A stretch of DNA of 64,000 bases from Pocillopora damicornis. Lineage: Eukaryota. Every line of letters starts with the position of its first letter. Position 1 is the stretch's first letter. Made by a program: the position numbers and the translations under genes. The DNA lies in assembly GCF_003704095.1 (NCBI RefSeq), contig NW_020846086.1, positions 124,001-188,000 of the forward strand, given 5' to 3'. Shown here one piece after another: positions 1 to 15,004 of this stretch. The notes below the pieces were generated by a model. The model was not told the DNA's origin. It made no database searches and saw nothing but the letters and a program-made list of their open reading frames with translations.

Positions 1-380
1 TTGGACTAAGAACATCTGCCGTTTATTCTTTTCAACTGCAAATAGCAACAAAACAACAACTGATCCAAAACAATTATGAATGTTCTCTTATACAGCAAAT
101 CGATAAGAAATAATTTAAATGGCATTTTCAAATATGTTTCACAAAAACCACATTTATCTTGGTTTCCTTATCAGCCATTGCCAATTGGTCACAGTTAAAC
201 TATGCACAATTATCCCACATAAACCAACTGAAAAATAACTGCTCCTCCCCCACCCCACCCTCCACCCCCCACCTCTGCCAGAAAATAAAAGATTTGGTTG
301 AGAAGTTCCCAAGATATTGCTGAAAAGTCTCTGAACATATGAAACTTCCAAGAGCACCATCACTCTTAGGAGTCAAAGAG

Positions 381-592
381 TTAACCCTTTAACTCCCAAG
401 AGTGATTAACATGTAACTTCTCCCTGTAATATCTAAACATTATCTGGCAAACAGGTCATGAGAATATTCAAACTTATCAAGTAGAAGTTGTTGTCTTGAT
501 CTAACACCAAATTTTTGTAACTTATTTACAAGAAAATATGTGGCAGCCATAGGAGGGAATTGACAATCAGATCTTGGGAGTTAAAGGGTTAA
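381..592. mobile_element. piggyBac-type MITE, subfamily A
   Basis: TTAA-CCCTTTAACTCCCAAGA ... TCTTGGGAGTTAAAGGG-TTAA; interior similar to copies at 57002 and 58540. Confidence 0.85.
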
Positions 593-598
593 ATTTAC

Positions 599-3500
599 CT
601 GATGAGAGGGCAAAGTTGTCAATAAGGATATTCCAAGCGGAGAAGGACATAACCTGAATTTCAGTTGATGGATCTCGAAATCCCTAAAAGTAATATGACA
701 ATTTAAATAATTAGCTGTCTTAAGACTTGACAAATATTGCTCAGTGCAACAAAAGAAAAAAATAAAGTTCTCATTGGAGTTAAATCCCAACAGGAAACAA
801 AACAAAATTACTATACCTGCTCGACAAGCTTTAGTAAGTCATTAATCAAACCGCCTCCTCTGTGCAAGGTCTGCAGAGAACAAATAAGATGTTAAACAAA
901 AAAATTGTTGATTAGCGCTGATATCTTGATAATTTTCTCAACTCACCCAACCTGCCTACCAAACCTAGATCATTCTTGGCAATGAATTTGTTAATTTTTT
1001 TGTATTAATAAGAAGTGTGTATTGAACTCAACAAACACAACTATAATTCACATGATTTAAAGATATACGTATACACGATTGTGCCCTGCCTTGCAGTACA
1101 TCTCAAAAGTACGTTGATCGTCTTAATTTGAAACTCTATTCTCATTTAAAAAAAAAAAAACTTTTGACAATCAAGGATACAAATTAGAGGATAGAGAATT
1201 GAGGATCAAGAAACAAGGATTCAGGATCAGGGATTAAGAATCAAGGATTGATAGCCCTACTGTATGTGTGCTTGGGCCATATTTTGTAAGACAGAACATT
1301 TTAATCACCTCTCCAAGAATTTGAACGATGCAACACCAACACTTGAGCACATATAATCCTTTCTTTTCTGAACACATTTTGGGAAACTCTTTCAACAAGC
1401 ACTGGAAATGAAGAAAAATGAACAAGACAGCTGTAAATCTGGCTCTTCATATGTCAAATGAAAGTTGAATATTTTTATACAGTATTAATTTTTACTATTA
1501 GAACTGAAGATTTTGCTGAAATCCAGGATATACTGAGTAATGACATCCATGGGATCCTGGCTAGAATTTACCTAGGAGAGGCTACCTCCTACAGGTGGCA
1601 CATATCTATTACCATTAGAGACACAGTGACTCTCATATTGTATTGCTATATATATACTTCAAACAAAAGAAGGGAAAGCATGTGGATTTAAAGGAATTAT
1701 GGATTGAATTATTTCTAATTTTCTTAGGAAGGAGTTCAAAAAATATCAACTTACTCCTTTCAGTAGAGGAAGAAGAATTTTTATCACTCTTTCTTGGGAG
1801 GACATCAAGTGTTCCAATCCAGCATACATCACCATTGATGCTCTCTCACACACCTGAAAATAGATGAAAACCAGCTAGGCTTAAAACTTTACAATGAGTA
1901 TTGTTCTGCCAGCCAAACTAAAAAAGGTGGGATCATGTGCAATTAAGGAGGTCTTCACCAATCAATTGGGATAATAAATGGGTGATTATATCAGTCTGAA
2001 GTCAATTGATGTATCAAGTGATGGTTGGCCAATGTTCAGATGACCGACAGTCTTCTAAAATTCAACTAAAAAGTTCTACTTTTTCAGGCCAAAACTGGTC
2101 ATGTAGTGCCTCTTACAACTGCCTAAAATTGCGGGAAATTCTCAAAAATTTAATAGGTAATAGGGTTGTTGTACCAGTTTGAAAATTTATTTTACCTGCT
2201 CCCCTTAAAATAAGGGAGAAGATTACATTTAGTTTGCCAATGGTTAACCGAATCTTGACCAATCACTGAGCCATGGATAAACCAATATATTGACCAACTA
2301 TCAGCTACAATCAACCACAGCTACATACAGATCATTGAATCCAAAAAAGTTATTGCAGTGAACAGCAAACTATGTAAATTGAACTCTGTACCTTGATGGC
2401 TGAGCTAACCAGCAGAGGAAACACCAGCTTTGCCCAAGAGTCTACTGTCTTGATCATTTCGCTCTTTGGAAGCTGTTGTAGAAGCCTACATTAAATAAAA
2501 ATTTAGAGTTACTGTATTAATTATTGGAAATCTTGCCTTTAAGGTACAACTCTCCTCAATTTATTCCATACAATGACCTGGCTAGGGTTTCCACCATGAT
2601 CTTTAAGCCCTAAGATCAGTGGAATATCATTAATCCTTTCACTCCCATAAGTGACGAAACCAGAATTTCTCCTTACATCATCAATACAATATCAAGAAGA
2701 AAAATGATGAGAATAAAGGAAAATATATCAACTAGGGAATTACAAGTTGATCCAATACCAAATTCTCTGAAACAACATCATAAGAATTATATGGCAAACA
2801 GTAATAAGGATTACTAATGAGATCTTGGGAGTGAAAGGGTTAATAAGGAAGAACTTTGCTGATAAAAAACACAAAGGTGATAAGCAACTATTATCTAGAT
2901 AGTTTAAATGTCACTAATTCTGATCTGTAACTAATTTACAGCATTTAATTGTCAGCTTACAGAGAGTATATGTAATATATTGTACCTCTCTATCACACAA
3001 AGAGCTTCATGATCCACAGTTACAGACTGGAGATCCTTTGTGATAACTGATTCCAAAGTAATAAGAATGGATTCCAACTAAATTGAAAACAAACAATACA
3101 CCAAATGAATAATCTTTCCAATCAGTATCACAGTTATGTAAGAAATCTTAAAGGGTTAATATCTAATCTAAAAGAATTAGAATTCAGTCAATACCTTAGT
3201 ATTTACAATCCCACTGTGTAAATTCTGTTTAGCAAGACACCACAATGCTCGAGTGCAAACTCCTTTATCCTCAGATTCCTGTATTCTTGTCAAAAGACCT
3301 GCCAGAGGATTTCTTGGGTTAATGCTGAGATTCTGATAACACTTAATTCAGTCAAGGCAGTTGAGGCTTATGCAATTTAAGAAAATGTTTAAAACAAGAG
3401 TTTAAAGCTATTTCACTTAACAAAATTTTTGCAAGAGGTTGTTTACAATTAATGCCGAGATTCTAATAACAACAAATTTAATCAAGACAAACGAGGCTTA

Positions 3501-5665
3501 ATACAATTTTAGCGAGGCTATTAAAAAATAAATACAGTTGTTTCATCAAATGAATGTTATTAAAGAGGATTTAGTCAGAGGACACTGTCAGGCACTTTTA
3601 TGTCAAGTGCTTTCCTTTAAACCTGTTTTTTAGCGTCATTGGCACAATTGATCATGGAAGCAATTATGCATATAATAACCTACCTTGAATGAGAACTTGA
3701 CCATCTGACAAGCAAATTGAACTGCAAAAAGACATTGAAGATAATTTTGATTCATTATGATTATCAGAAACATTACTTCAACTGACTGAGTGAACAAAAA
3801 TTGGACATGACAAGCTATGGATCAATAACATTTGTGAATGCTAGGTCCAATTAATATGCACGATGAATAAGACTTTGGACTCATCACAAAGACTGGAGGG
3901 ATGTTAACATCAGATGTAAATTCAGATTGTAAGACCCATGATGTTTCAATGTACCATTTACCACCTTGCACATACCCAGCCATATCTTGGGTGGATGACA
4001 AGGGTACAAAGTATACAAAGAAACCCTGGAGAGTAACTCCTTAAGTTTGCCAGCTTTCGTTTTCTTAGATACATGTACAACCCTATGTAAGTATTAGGAC
4101 TGCACTATAAACAGAAGTTCAAGCACATTCCTAAATGTAAAACTGGTAAGAGGGTCCCCTGTACTTTTGATCTGAAGCGTGATCGGGCAATTTCTTTTCT
4201 CAAGAATCATGATTTGACTTTTTCCTTAATTCTTTAATTGTAATTAAAGATGACAATATCTTTTCATCTCCATGAGAACAAATGTTTTTTTTTTAAATTT
4301 AAATGTGACCCATGAATAAAGAGCTGGGTTATACCTGATTTGTGGACCATTATGTTTTGTGTGATGAATTTTCCACCATTTTTATGTTTTGGCTATACAT
4401 GGACTTTATATGGATCAATAAAAGTCATAGAACAGACTACAAATGGTTCTTTAACAAATAAGGTAAGACAGTAAGTTATCTTTCATCACATAGGACTAGT
4501 CAAGGCCAGAAAAGGAAAAATTAATTCATGAATTTGTCTTTCTAATTTTTATGTAACGTGGTCATCTCAAATTTTACACAAACATGAAAGAATTCTGGAT
4601 ATTATTTGTGATGGGTGAAAAGGCCAAATATTTTTAAGAGACTGAGTTTCACAAAGGAGTATAGGGGACCCTCTAGTAATACGCAAGATGGCTGTACTCA
4701 TACCTGGCTATTTCCTCTTGGTAGAGACAGTGACCAAGTGCTTGAAGTGATGCTTGGCACAGATCTGACTTATCAGACTGAATATCTCTCTGTAGAAAAT
4801 GACACACCAGAAACTGTTGCAATAATGCTTGAAATCTGAACTCATAATAATCATCCTGACATACATAATGACTTTTTCATTTCTAATGTTTGTTTACAAT
4901 CTTTAATGTCCAAGCTGCTACCTGAGTTATCAAAATAGATTAAAATTAAATGCTCATGCAGAAACTGGCAATGCAACAATTCATATGTTGTGTATAAACA
5001 GCATATGGTATTACCCAAGTTATGTGTGTATGCTTCTCCCTTGACACCCTTTCCTGTTGTCAAGAGAAGAAACATTGTATGAAGAAAACAGCAAAAGACA
5101 AGGTCTACTTACCCGAAAGATCATGACAACTCTTTTAATTAGATTAAGTAGCTCTTTGACAAATACATCTTCCTCCTCTCTTAAGCGCCTGGAAGGAAAT
5201 TTCATGACAATTACTGTTTAAATCTTGTTGCCTTTGTGAATGTAGACGAAGAGAACCGAGTTCTTACATGAATCATTCTAAACATCACTTTCATTTCCTC
5301 ATAAAACTTGTATGTAGATTATTGACCTGTGAACAAGGAATTTCTTAAAACGCCACAATAGAGAAACACCCTTGAGACTGACTCTTTGTAATAAATATGG
5401 GTCTAAAGTGTTAAGCTTCAAACGTTAACACACTCTTTATTTCGATCCTATTTGATTTTGATGGCAAAGTGAAGATGGTCGCCAATCGGAAATAAATTTC
5501 CAACAGCTAATACTAACAGTTTGAATTTAATACGTAAACATACTTCGTGACTTACTCTGTCATTCTTAGATAAGCATCGACTTGATCATCACTCGCCGCC
5601 ATGTTGTCTTCGAGAATGCGAAGAAGAGGTTCGAAAAGCCCTTCGCATTCCGGTATAGTTACCAT
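599..5665 (-). CDS. RIF1: Telomere-associated/replication-timing protein RIF1, N-terminal HEAT-repeat region (11 exons; gene continues beyond window start)
   Basis: GT-AG exons joined in frame: 5665-5556, 5188-5113, 4789-4704, 3721-3684, 3298-3195, 3077-2986, 2485-2392, 1853-1755, 1401-1309, 870-817, 683-599. Peptide MVTIPECEGLFEPLLRILEDN..QVDAYLRMTE..ASLQALGHCLY..CTRALWCLAKQ..VDHEALCVIERLLQQ..WAKLVFPLLV..YVLKCW..LGETLHRGGGLINDLLKLVEQGFR..AWNILIDNFAL is colinear with recalled vertebrate RIF1 (PLLETLEDP..QTDAYL, AALQALGFCLY, RTRALWVISKQ, WAKLVIPLVV, LGRTLHRSGSFINSLL). Confidence 0.95.
2630..2843. mobile_element. piggyBac-type MITE, subfamily B
   Basis: TTAA-TCCTTTCACTCCCA ... TGGGAGTGAAAGGG-TTAA; interior (CAGAATTTCTCCTTACA..TCAATACAATATC) shared with copies at 17039, 51638 and 60790. 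Confidence 0.8.
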
Positions 5666-5949
5666 CTTTTTTCCCTCTAGAGATGTTCCTTGAAATATCA
5701 AATCTATAGATTCTGCAGCAAAAGCAATAGCAAGGTCACAAAAAGCCAGGCTTGATCGCAAACGTACCTAAGTTGAGATCATCAGTGAAATTGCAAGCGT
5801 CCATGTTCGACGCGTGTACTGCAACGACCTCAGCTTATTTGCAATCGCAAATTGCTTACTTGCGATCTCATGCTAACAAAAAATCCAAGTGTCGATCTTC
5901 GTACCGTATCAATAAGTTTCCTAAATAAGATTTCACTCGGAGAAAAAAT

Positions 5950-6480
5950 CATCAAAGGCTTCTAATAACTCGTAGTCTTTATCGCTCAGAGGTATCAGAT
6001 CGATTCTGCCGCGAAGGTTTCTCTGCAAATCGCGCCAAAGTTATGATTCACCCCTCTGATTGGCTCCTAGTTCTCAACCAGAGCTTCTCGGCAAGAACCA
6101 TTACATAGAGTCCTGGACCCCATATTAAAATATTAAATGATCACAGGGGCTTCTCAGCGGTCAATTGAACGTCTGCGGATGTGCGCGCAGCGGAATGGTG
6201 TGTCTGGTGTGCCTTTTTAAAGGGTAGGTTGACTTAAAAGGAGTTGTACAAATCACAGAAGCCAGTTAGTCACTGGTTTTAAAAAACCCATAGCTTTCTC
6301 AGTGTAGCTCAAAGCAAAATGGTAAATAAACAGGCTACCGTTGTAAGTGCGTCTTGTCTTGGAAAAGTACCACGATTACCTCTTCTCTACTTTTGCTTCC
6401 TTTTAAAATTTCTAAGAATTTTTTTTGTGTGGGAAAGTGGTTATTTCTTGTAATTGGCTTTGCGCGGGGAATCGGTGCGC
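5950..6480. promoter_or_regulatory. CpG-rich RIF1 promoter with E2F and CCAAT elements
   Basis: CGCGCCAAA at 6031-6039 (TTTGGCGCG on minus, E2F consensus), ATTGG at about 6059-6063 and TTTGCGCGGGAA at about 6459-6470. CpG density rises sharply relative to the gene body. Confidence 0.5.
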
Positions 6481-6921
6481 AGCCAGCCAAAATTGATACC
6501 TCAGTGCATTTTGATCGGGACACGCGATCAAACTCGTGAATATATCTTGTGTTCACCGTTTTCCGAGTTTTGCGGTAAGAGTAACGAAGGTTTCCCTACA
6601 CACATGCATGCACATACATTAATCCAAATGATTGGGGAAAATATACGTCAACCAAAAGGCTAATTAATATTGCAGCCCAACTCTACACTAATAAACAGTC
6701 AAACAATAAGTCATGTCATAACCTTAACATATATAATATGTGATTTATTTCAACTCCTGAATTAACTTAACAAATCCAAGGTTGAGTTACTTTTGCTTAA
6801 CATAAAAAATCTTCGAAAAAATCGAAGGAAATACTAGATTAATAGTTTGCGATCACGCAAAGCAGACTACATATTGGAAAAGATAGTAATCACTAAGACG
6901 AGACAAGGAAAGTACAGATTT

Positions 6922-7206
6922 TAGAGCAGTTTTCAATTGATAATCAAAAGTGACCCTGGACTGGGGGATTGCTTCGGTTCTGCTTTACCCCGGTAAGTGA
7001 TTGGTCTAAAAAATGCGTGCTACTGTCTCAAGCAATCAAATGCAAAACTGAAACGGATCCCAACTTTGGGTTACCCGCGTCTTATAGCCGAGTAGGTCAC
7101 CTGTTTTTACTTTGAGTTCTCATTGGTTAATGATAATGTTAACCTCTGTTCTGATTGGTTGTTGTAACTACTTTGGTCTTCACTTTTCGACACTCAATTG
7201 AAAACT
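6922..7206. mobile_element. MITE-like element
   Basis: Inverted termini AGTTTTCAATTGA (about 6928) and TCAATTGAAAACT (about 7194-7206). Confidence 0.55.
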
Positions 7207-9674
7207 TACGTATGATCTTCACAGGGCGGACAAAGATTACATAGGAGGAACCAGTTAAACTTTCTTCCAACTGTAGATGTCTAGGATGCAATAAATATGT
7301 CCAAGTTATTTAAATGAACGGCTAAAAGTCGTCAGCTGGTGTCTCTTCTTTGACCGTTCAAAAACTCAGCTTAGTGCGAACATTGCTTAAGAACGAAAGC
7401 AAACAAACGAGAAAGTATAATGATTTAAATATGATAGCTTAGAAAAGACATTTCATTGTTGTGCCAGCATTCAAAATTCCTGAGTAAAACCCTTAACTGT
7501 CATCTTCGTTTGTATTTCTTCTGGATAACTCAGCACTTCAACTTCTAGGACCCACTAAGTATTTTGCAATTTCTCTCTTGAATAATTAAAGAATTTGAAC
7601 ATATATAAAGTTAACATCTTCTACAGAAACCTGCTTATTTTGACACTTCAGAGATTGTAGGGATTAAGTTCATCTATAATAACAAAATAACCAAACAAGT
7701 TAAGCTTTCACTTTGCACTACTGCACAGTTGGTATCTCTACTTCTCCGAAGAGACGTTTTTCTACCAATTAATTTTAACTTTTAAGTAATAACATGTCTT
7801 TCGAAAAATAGACACTGATGATGACTGATTGCTAAAATAACCAAACTCTTTCAATTTTTTTCGTTTCCATGCTCAATATTTTATATTTTTGAAGTGAAAT
7901 TTTGGTAACCTATGTTATCGTAGCTTGTAGTAATTATAGCTCGGATTAGTATATACTAAGACAGTGGATAGCAACGAAGGTCCATTCCTCTAAAAAAAAA
8001 TTGGGTAAATCTGCAATTCACAAGCTTAAACTAGTTGCATTTATCATTTAAGGCTGTAAAATCAATAGTTGCCTAACTGTGTGTTTATTTGTGCCCTTTT
8101 TTTATGTACAGCATACAATGCAAGTGATATTTCAATACATAATACTGTCCAGCAGAAAATTCTAGTGCTTCAAGAAAACATGTTCATTTACTTCCCATCA
8201 TGGAATTGTAATGTATAGGCCCATGCAGTGTGCAGTGGAGGAGGGGGGCACTTCAAAACAGGGGAATATCAGAGGAGAAAAATAAGGTACATATGGCTTC
8301 ACTCTTTGTCAAGAAATTACCCTTTAACTCCAAAGATCCAATTGATAATTCTTCCTTCTAGCTGTTACACATTTCCTTGCAAACAAGTCATGAGAATTTG
8401 GTTTTCTTCCTTCAAGCTGTCACACATTTCCTTGCAAACGAGTTACAAGAATTTCCTTTTAGATCAAGATAACTTCAACCTGATAAGTTTGAATATTCTC
8501 ATTATCTGTTTGCTGTCCTTTTTGAGACTGAAAGAGCTCTGCGGTAATTCACTATAATATCAAGTGAATAGTGCCTTTCAGAGGTGATTAGCCAAATACT
8601 AAAGAGCAACCAAAGAGCAACACACCGCTTTCTGCTTTGCTCCTGATAATTAAGTGGTAAATACACCAATCAGTAAATGAGCCAGCTGTGGTATAAAAAA
8701 AGTGTATCAACGAAGTTTGGTTTGATATGTTTGAGGTGCTAAAATAACAAGTTTTGTGGCTGAAAAAAAAAAAACTAATATTAGAAACAAAAAAACAATG
8801 AAATTGGCTTTATTTCCCCAACTTGCGTTAAGAAAGGCCCCTCTCCTCCTTGCCTAACATTTCAATGAAAACTTTTGATGGATAACTACTATAAATGTGT
8901 TTTTCACTGGGATAATACACACTGTATTTTACACAAACACGTTTACAGTTCCAGATAATTGCTAGAGATACACCATGCTCCCACCACCCTCCACTTTTTT
9001 TAAACTCATTTTATGATCATTTTTTTCAGCTGGGTTAAAAAAAGGAAGTTTTTGTCTTATCTTTGCCATGTAATAGCTATACTTTCTTGTCACTTTGGTT
9101 CTGACTGCGACAAATGTATTGTCAGAAGACCAACTTCATGTATTTTGGGCATCAGTTTACCTTTTTCACAGAGGTACCAGTCATATCTGAAGCTGTTCGA
9201 GGTCATTCAAAAAATTTACAAAAATGTTTGGAAGAGTTGTGACACAACCTTACCTTCAGAAGTCTCCCTTCTAATATGACATCTTCTAGGAAGAGCAACA
9301 TCAATTAACAAGGATTTCTCTCCTCTTTGACTGGCTACAGCCTTTATGATAAACTTCATTCATATTTACGAATGAATCAGCCAAGGCTGTGAAAAATGCA
9401 AGTTTTCTGGTTTTCATCACGTGTGAGCAATTATTGGTCAGCAGACTTAAGGTAGCATGAGATTACATTTCTGGTCTACAAGCCCGAGATTCACACTTGA
9501 GACAAAAGAGTTTGCAAATAAACATTGAACTATGCACAAAATTTTTTTTAGAAGAAGTTGTATATTTGTCCACATGGCAGTCAGGTGTAAGTAAAATTAA
9601 AGAAAAGGCATACAAGCTGTAACCTGGATATCATTTGTTGGTAACAGCTCTTTGAACTTCAGTCTGTAAAGCCA

Positions 9675-10719
9675 TCACACCCATGCTTCAGAATTATTTC
9701 TAGAAGCACCATCACTTGATGATGTCTGACCTCTCTCAGTGTCTTCCACAGCTGAGCTGTTTGAAGACTGCTGTGGACGTGCTCTCTGCAATAAAGCCAC
9801 ATCGACTCCTCGGACAACATTGTTGTTTTCAGTTGTGTAGCATTCAACTACCACATTTTGATTCAGTGCTGCCCATCGTTTGGAATATTGTTTAAAATGC
9901 TTCAAACTATCAAAGTACAAGCCACCAACAGCTAGAGCAATGAATAAGCCATTCACCATATAAGCAAACTTTACTTCTTCTGTTGTACGTTCAGCAATTG
10001 CAGATGGAGTAGTGCTGACACGAGACCAGATGATCCATGTGACAGAAGTCAAAAGCATTGTTGCAAATGCAATGAAAAGTCCTATGTGTAGCCATCCCTT
10101 TGTACTTACTTCAGGAAAAGACCACTGCAGAAAGAGGAGTGGAAAAAAATTGAATATATGAACAAAACTTTTAGATTTTTAAATAATTCTAAGGCTGCTA
10201 GAACCATCATAATTTTAAATTCCCTGACGATTCATGAATGATGGTAGCCATAATCTATAAAACTCTTTACAACAACTTGTAGATTACAACTTACGTCATT
10301 GACAAACTGGCCTGCAAGGATCATGCCATTATGTTAATAGGATCTTCACTAAATAAATTTAAGTTTTACTTGTTAATTGTTACTCTGTTATTCTACTTGT
10401 TGTACACCTCAAAAACATGTTGGGGTGTTATCCAACCATGCCATGCCTTAGTAAGTGTCAAAAGATACAGTATGTCCTTGGCCTACCCCTACCCCTCCCC
10501 CTGACAAAACTAACACCCCGTTCACACCAGCAAAACATGTTTTGTTAAACTCGTTTTCATTGAATGAAAATTATAAACAGAGAACTGAAAAACTTGATTT
10601 TCCATTGGATTCAAGTACTTGCTAACTTGCATTTCCAATGTGCTACATTCAAGTCAAAAATATTCGGTTAAATAGTTTCTATGAAGAAAAAAAAAATTAA
10701 ACTGTGTTTAACAAAACAA

Positions 10720-10750
<31 letters not shown>

Positions 10751-13700
10751 GGGGCATAAGATTATCATAGGGGATATTAGGACACTTGGTTTCATTCTGA
10801 TACTAACAATGATTCATTCAGTCTGTTCATCTGGGGTGATAGTGGTGCTAAAAATGACAGTTCATAATGACTAACATTTCAAAAAGCCTCCCAATACATC
10901 CATGAAAGTTATTCTTACTATATGCTAAACATTCCTCACAAGTTCATTCTGAGAATTTGGTGGTGGATCAAATGGTAATTCCATTCAAAAGTTTGAGAGT
11001 AATAAACAAAGAAAAGTTTACTGTACCCTCCAAAAGCACTTCACACTTTCCTTCCTAGTCTTGAATTTAAACTTGCATAGCTCACAACTCTGATGTCCAG
11101 ATTTTGAAACCCAGTTCAGTATACAACTCTGATGAGCATACTTTACAGTTCCAGTGCATTTGCATGGTCGTATGAGCTCTTCATCCTCACTGCCACCATG
11201 ACAAATGCGGCACATTAAACCACAGCTCTCCCGTAAATCTGTAAGTTTGCTGAGTGATGAAGAAATGCTAGGATCCCTAACACTTTTCTTAAAAGGCTTA
11301 ATTGTAACTCCAACACTTTCCAACACTGACACAGAACTACACTTTCGCACTATTTTGAAGTTCTGGTTTTTATCCCTTGGCAACAACTGAGACTCCTCAT
11401 TTGCACTGTTTGAACAGATTGAAGTCAACAGTTGCAAGCTTTGTGACTTGAATTTCATTTCACCCATTCGATCATCAAAGCTGTTCTCCTGAATCACTGG
11501 CCCCTGTTGTGAGCAGAAAAAGTAGAAATCTGTTGAACCTGGACCATTTCCTTTGTCCACCAAATAGTGTGGCTGGCAGGTATAACTTGGAGTTTGCTCA
11601 CAACCATTGTAAGATTCCTTTACTTCTGGTACTTCTGATACATCACACTCTGAGTCTGCTGACAGCAAAAGTGGCTCACTTGCCATACCAAGCTTTTTGC
11701 TGGAAAAGGAATTTGGCTGACTAACTTTACTGCCAGTAGTGTTGTCCTTCTTGTTCAAACTTGGCAAACTTTTGGAGAACAGCTAAAAATACAATTTAAA
11801 CAAAATTATTCATAAGAGACTACACAGAATTTTCAAACAACCAGATAAATATATATATACAATATTTACTTGTGTATAAGTCAACCTTTTATGACCAAAA
11901 ACTCAGCCCAAAAAAACACCCTTGACTTATACATGAGCCATACACACAGACCTGACCCAAGTAATTCAAGAAATTAGCATAACAATTGCATCAAGTCCAT
12001 TTGGAAAACTGAGGTTACAAAACCAGTTCCACCTATGTTCAAGTATGGTCAGTTTTCAGTGCATTCTTCATCAACTAAAAAAGTTTTAAATAATAAATTT
12101 CAAGTGGCTTAAATGCAAAGCTATTGGAGCTGATTTCAATTGTGTGTTCTGATCTGTAAAGCAAACATTTTTTCTTACAGCTTCAATGCTATTTACAGTG
12201 CTGAACTTTCATTTTCATCGAAGGATTTCAGTAGCTGAGTGACCTGGCTAATGCTGAGCTCTCATGTGGTCTTATTTGTTATGCGTGATCCTTTGAAGCT
12301 CTTTGGTGTTCCTTTGGTCTACTCAATCTCCTTTCAAACTCAACATTAAGATAAAGGTTAGTTAAATGTAAGAAGAGATCATTTTCAATGAAATTTACAA
12401 AATTTGGTTAAATACTTCTTTTAGCAAATCGAAGTGCTCGTATATGCTTAAATCATGGTGATATAAATACAAGTGCTAATAAATTTGCAGCACACAGTTA
12501 CAGTTTGCTCTCCAGTTTTTAATTTTTTAATTCCTCATGTTTTCAATACATTCTCAGAAATAAGAAATTAACTTTTTGGGGAATTTCTATTGGTCTGAAT
12601 TTTACCTCAGTCTTTAACTAGAAATGATGAAAAATCCAATTTTTGACCTTGAACCAACATGCAACAAAATAATGTCTCCCATCTGGAACTTGTTTTCAAG
12701 TATGGGACTCATCCATAGTTAGTAATGATAAGAATGCAAATTGCTCAGTCAAGTTATTGGGCAACTGTGTCTCCATTTCATTGACTGGGCCTGAGTTGAA
12801 TATACTTTGGTGAATGAAAAGGTAGCAAAGGGGGATCCTGATACTGTTTCACACACTTATTTTAAAAAAAATTACTGTGTCATGTATATAGAAGGGAAAA
12901 GTTCAAATCTCTCTTCTTGTGTGTTAAAAGTTTCAGAGAAATCTTGAGGATTCATTAAAAGAAAAACAATTTACAGGTTATGAGTAATGCACGAGGCAAA
13001 TCACATCTCATGCTTGCTCGTACATGTAAATTAAAAAATCATACTTGCCTTTCAGTAAAATTAATACTTCACAACACAATTTTGGCCCAGATCACATGTC
13101 ATAAATACACTCTTTGCCACTTTTGAATAAACTTCAGTGACTCAATTTATACTAGTATGTTTTTCCAACTCAAATATGATTTCCAATTGGGGAAACATGT
13201 CACATGCCATGAGTCACAACTCATGAACTTTTGACTTGCATGTGATCAGCTTGTCTACCTAAAACAACATCACATTGTGTGCTAAATGGCATTAAGGAAA
13301 TAATATTTTAGAAGGAGTGGCCATTTTTTAAGTTGGGAGGGATATCAACACACCTCAGGAAGGACTCTATGGGAAACAGTGAGTTCTTGTTTCCCTGAGA
13401 CACTAAGTGTCCCCCAAGGCAAACCTAGAGGAAAATTGAGGATCTGGAGGAAACAAAATTCACTGTTTCCTTTGGGGTCAGTCATCAAGAGCTAGATATG
13501 ACACAGTTTAGAATAAGATATGCATCATGTGAGGTATATTGTTGATATGACATCTGAAATGAGTCTAAATCAGGCTATGATTGTTATTTTTGTCTAAAAG
13601 TGTTTATTGACAATTTGGATGGAAATCAATGACCCAAAGCAATTCTTCAATATCCTGCTGGTCTCTGAGTGACAGTGCAGTACATTAGTTTACCCAATTT

Positions 13701-15004
13701 TATTATTTTCACTTTCGAAATGTGATATGCAAATTCAATTTGGTTACACAAGAGTAAGCAACTCATTTTCCTCCAAAAGGTCAACAATAATGATCTTAAT
13801 GTAGAAACTACATAATCTGTACTAAAATAAAATTCATAGCGAAAGGAATACCAAAAATACAAACTGAATGTGGTTTAAAATAAATGAAATTAGAACCAAG
13901 AAGAAAATTTATATCACAGTCACAATGTGTGTATTTAACATTTTCCTTTGTGTTTCTCCACAAATAAAAGCATGGTTTTGTACCCTAGATGAATAAATTT
14001 CAAGTGACTTAAGTGGGTAAAAATGCACAGATTAGACCCTATAGCCATTTGAGACACTCCTTTGAAATAAACGTCACCTACCATTTTAACTGCTTGGTGT
14101 TCCGACTTAAAAGGAAAAAGTCTGCAGCTTTCGACAACTTTGAGTTTACTGTCAAAACATTATTTCAGATGGTTCCTTTTTTCCCACCATGCTTGAACGA
14201 TTTAATTCCGACCTCATTCGAAAACAGAAGTTTGATAAACATCCCCTACACCTGATTGGATTCAGCAAGGGACTTTTCCCTTTACAAGAAGCGAAACTAA
14301 TTATTATGAAGCGAGTCAAAGTTTCTAGATTCTTTACCACAAAAATATTTCCTTAAAATCTTAATGAATAAGGAAGGCGCACTGGAAACTTATGAGCATG
14401 ATAAATACAGCAAAATAAATGAGACATGAAATATAAACATGACTATATATTGTGTTCGCATGATTAAGCATAAAACAAAAGAGAAACAGCAAATTGCAGC
14501 GAACTGGTTTGAAAGAACCACTGGCGATGTGCTCAGGCAAACGTCTCTGGCATTTCCGCCGTCTTAGATAAAATAATCGTTTCAAACTTACAGACTTTGA
14601 ATCCATTGTTACCGATGTCAGCATAAAATGTGAACAAGCTTGTACCCTGTTGCTGTCAAATTCCACACAAAGGCGATTTGTACACAGCAAGCAAGTCCTG
14701 TGCTATTGTTGTGAAACGTAGTTCAAATGGTCTTTAGTATTCCTTCAAAAGAACAGAAAGGAAATTTCAACAGTCAAATTATGAATTATGGAGAGAGTTC
14801 GAAATTTATGAGCGCTCACACGCAGCTGCCAACCATCCGTATGCACATTTAAGAGCATATTTCATTACAAACCCAACACAATGGTCGTTAAGTTCAGTGA
14901 GTAAACTCACTTAAACACCATTCTAAAGAAATGAGTCTAGTTGTAATACGCATATTTAAACCCCTGCTACTCACCATTTGTGTTAGACTTGAGGGCGAAA
15001 GCAT
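9675..15004 (-). CDS. Membrane-associated RING-CH E3 ubiquitin ligase, MARCH4/9/11-like
   Basis: Exons 15004-14975 (MLSPSSLTQM), 11782-11027 and 10124-9675, phases compatible. RING-CH motif CRICHGG..PCKCTG..HQSCILNW..CELC, two hydrophobic helices (TSVTWIIWS; MVNGLFIALAVGGLY) and KRWAALNQ, resembling KRWQAVNQ of MARCH4/9/11. The short first exon is less certain. Confidence 0.9.
10515..10756. mobile_element. MITE with CCCCGTTCACACCA...TGGTGTGAATGGGG termini
   Basis: Terminal inverted repeats are visible; a second copy in reverse orientation lies at about 20730-20956 (shared GGATTCAAGTACTTGCTAACTTGCATTTCC). Confidence 0.7.
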
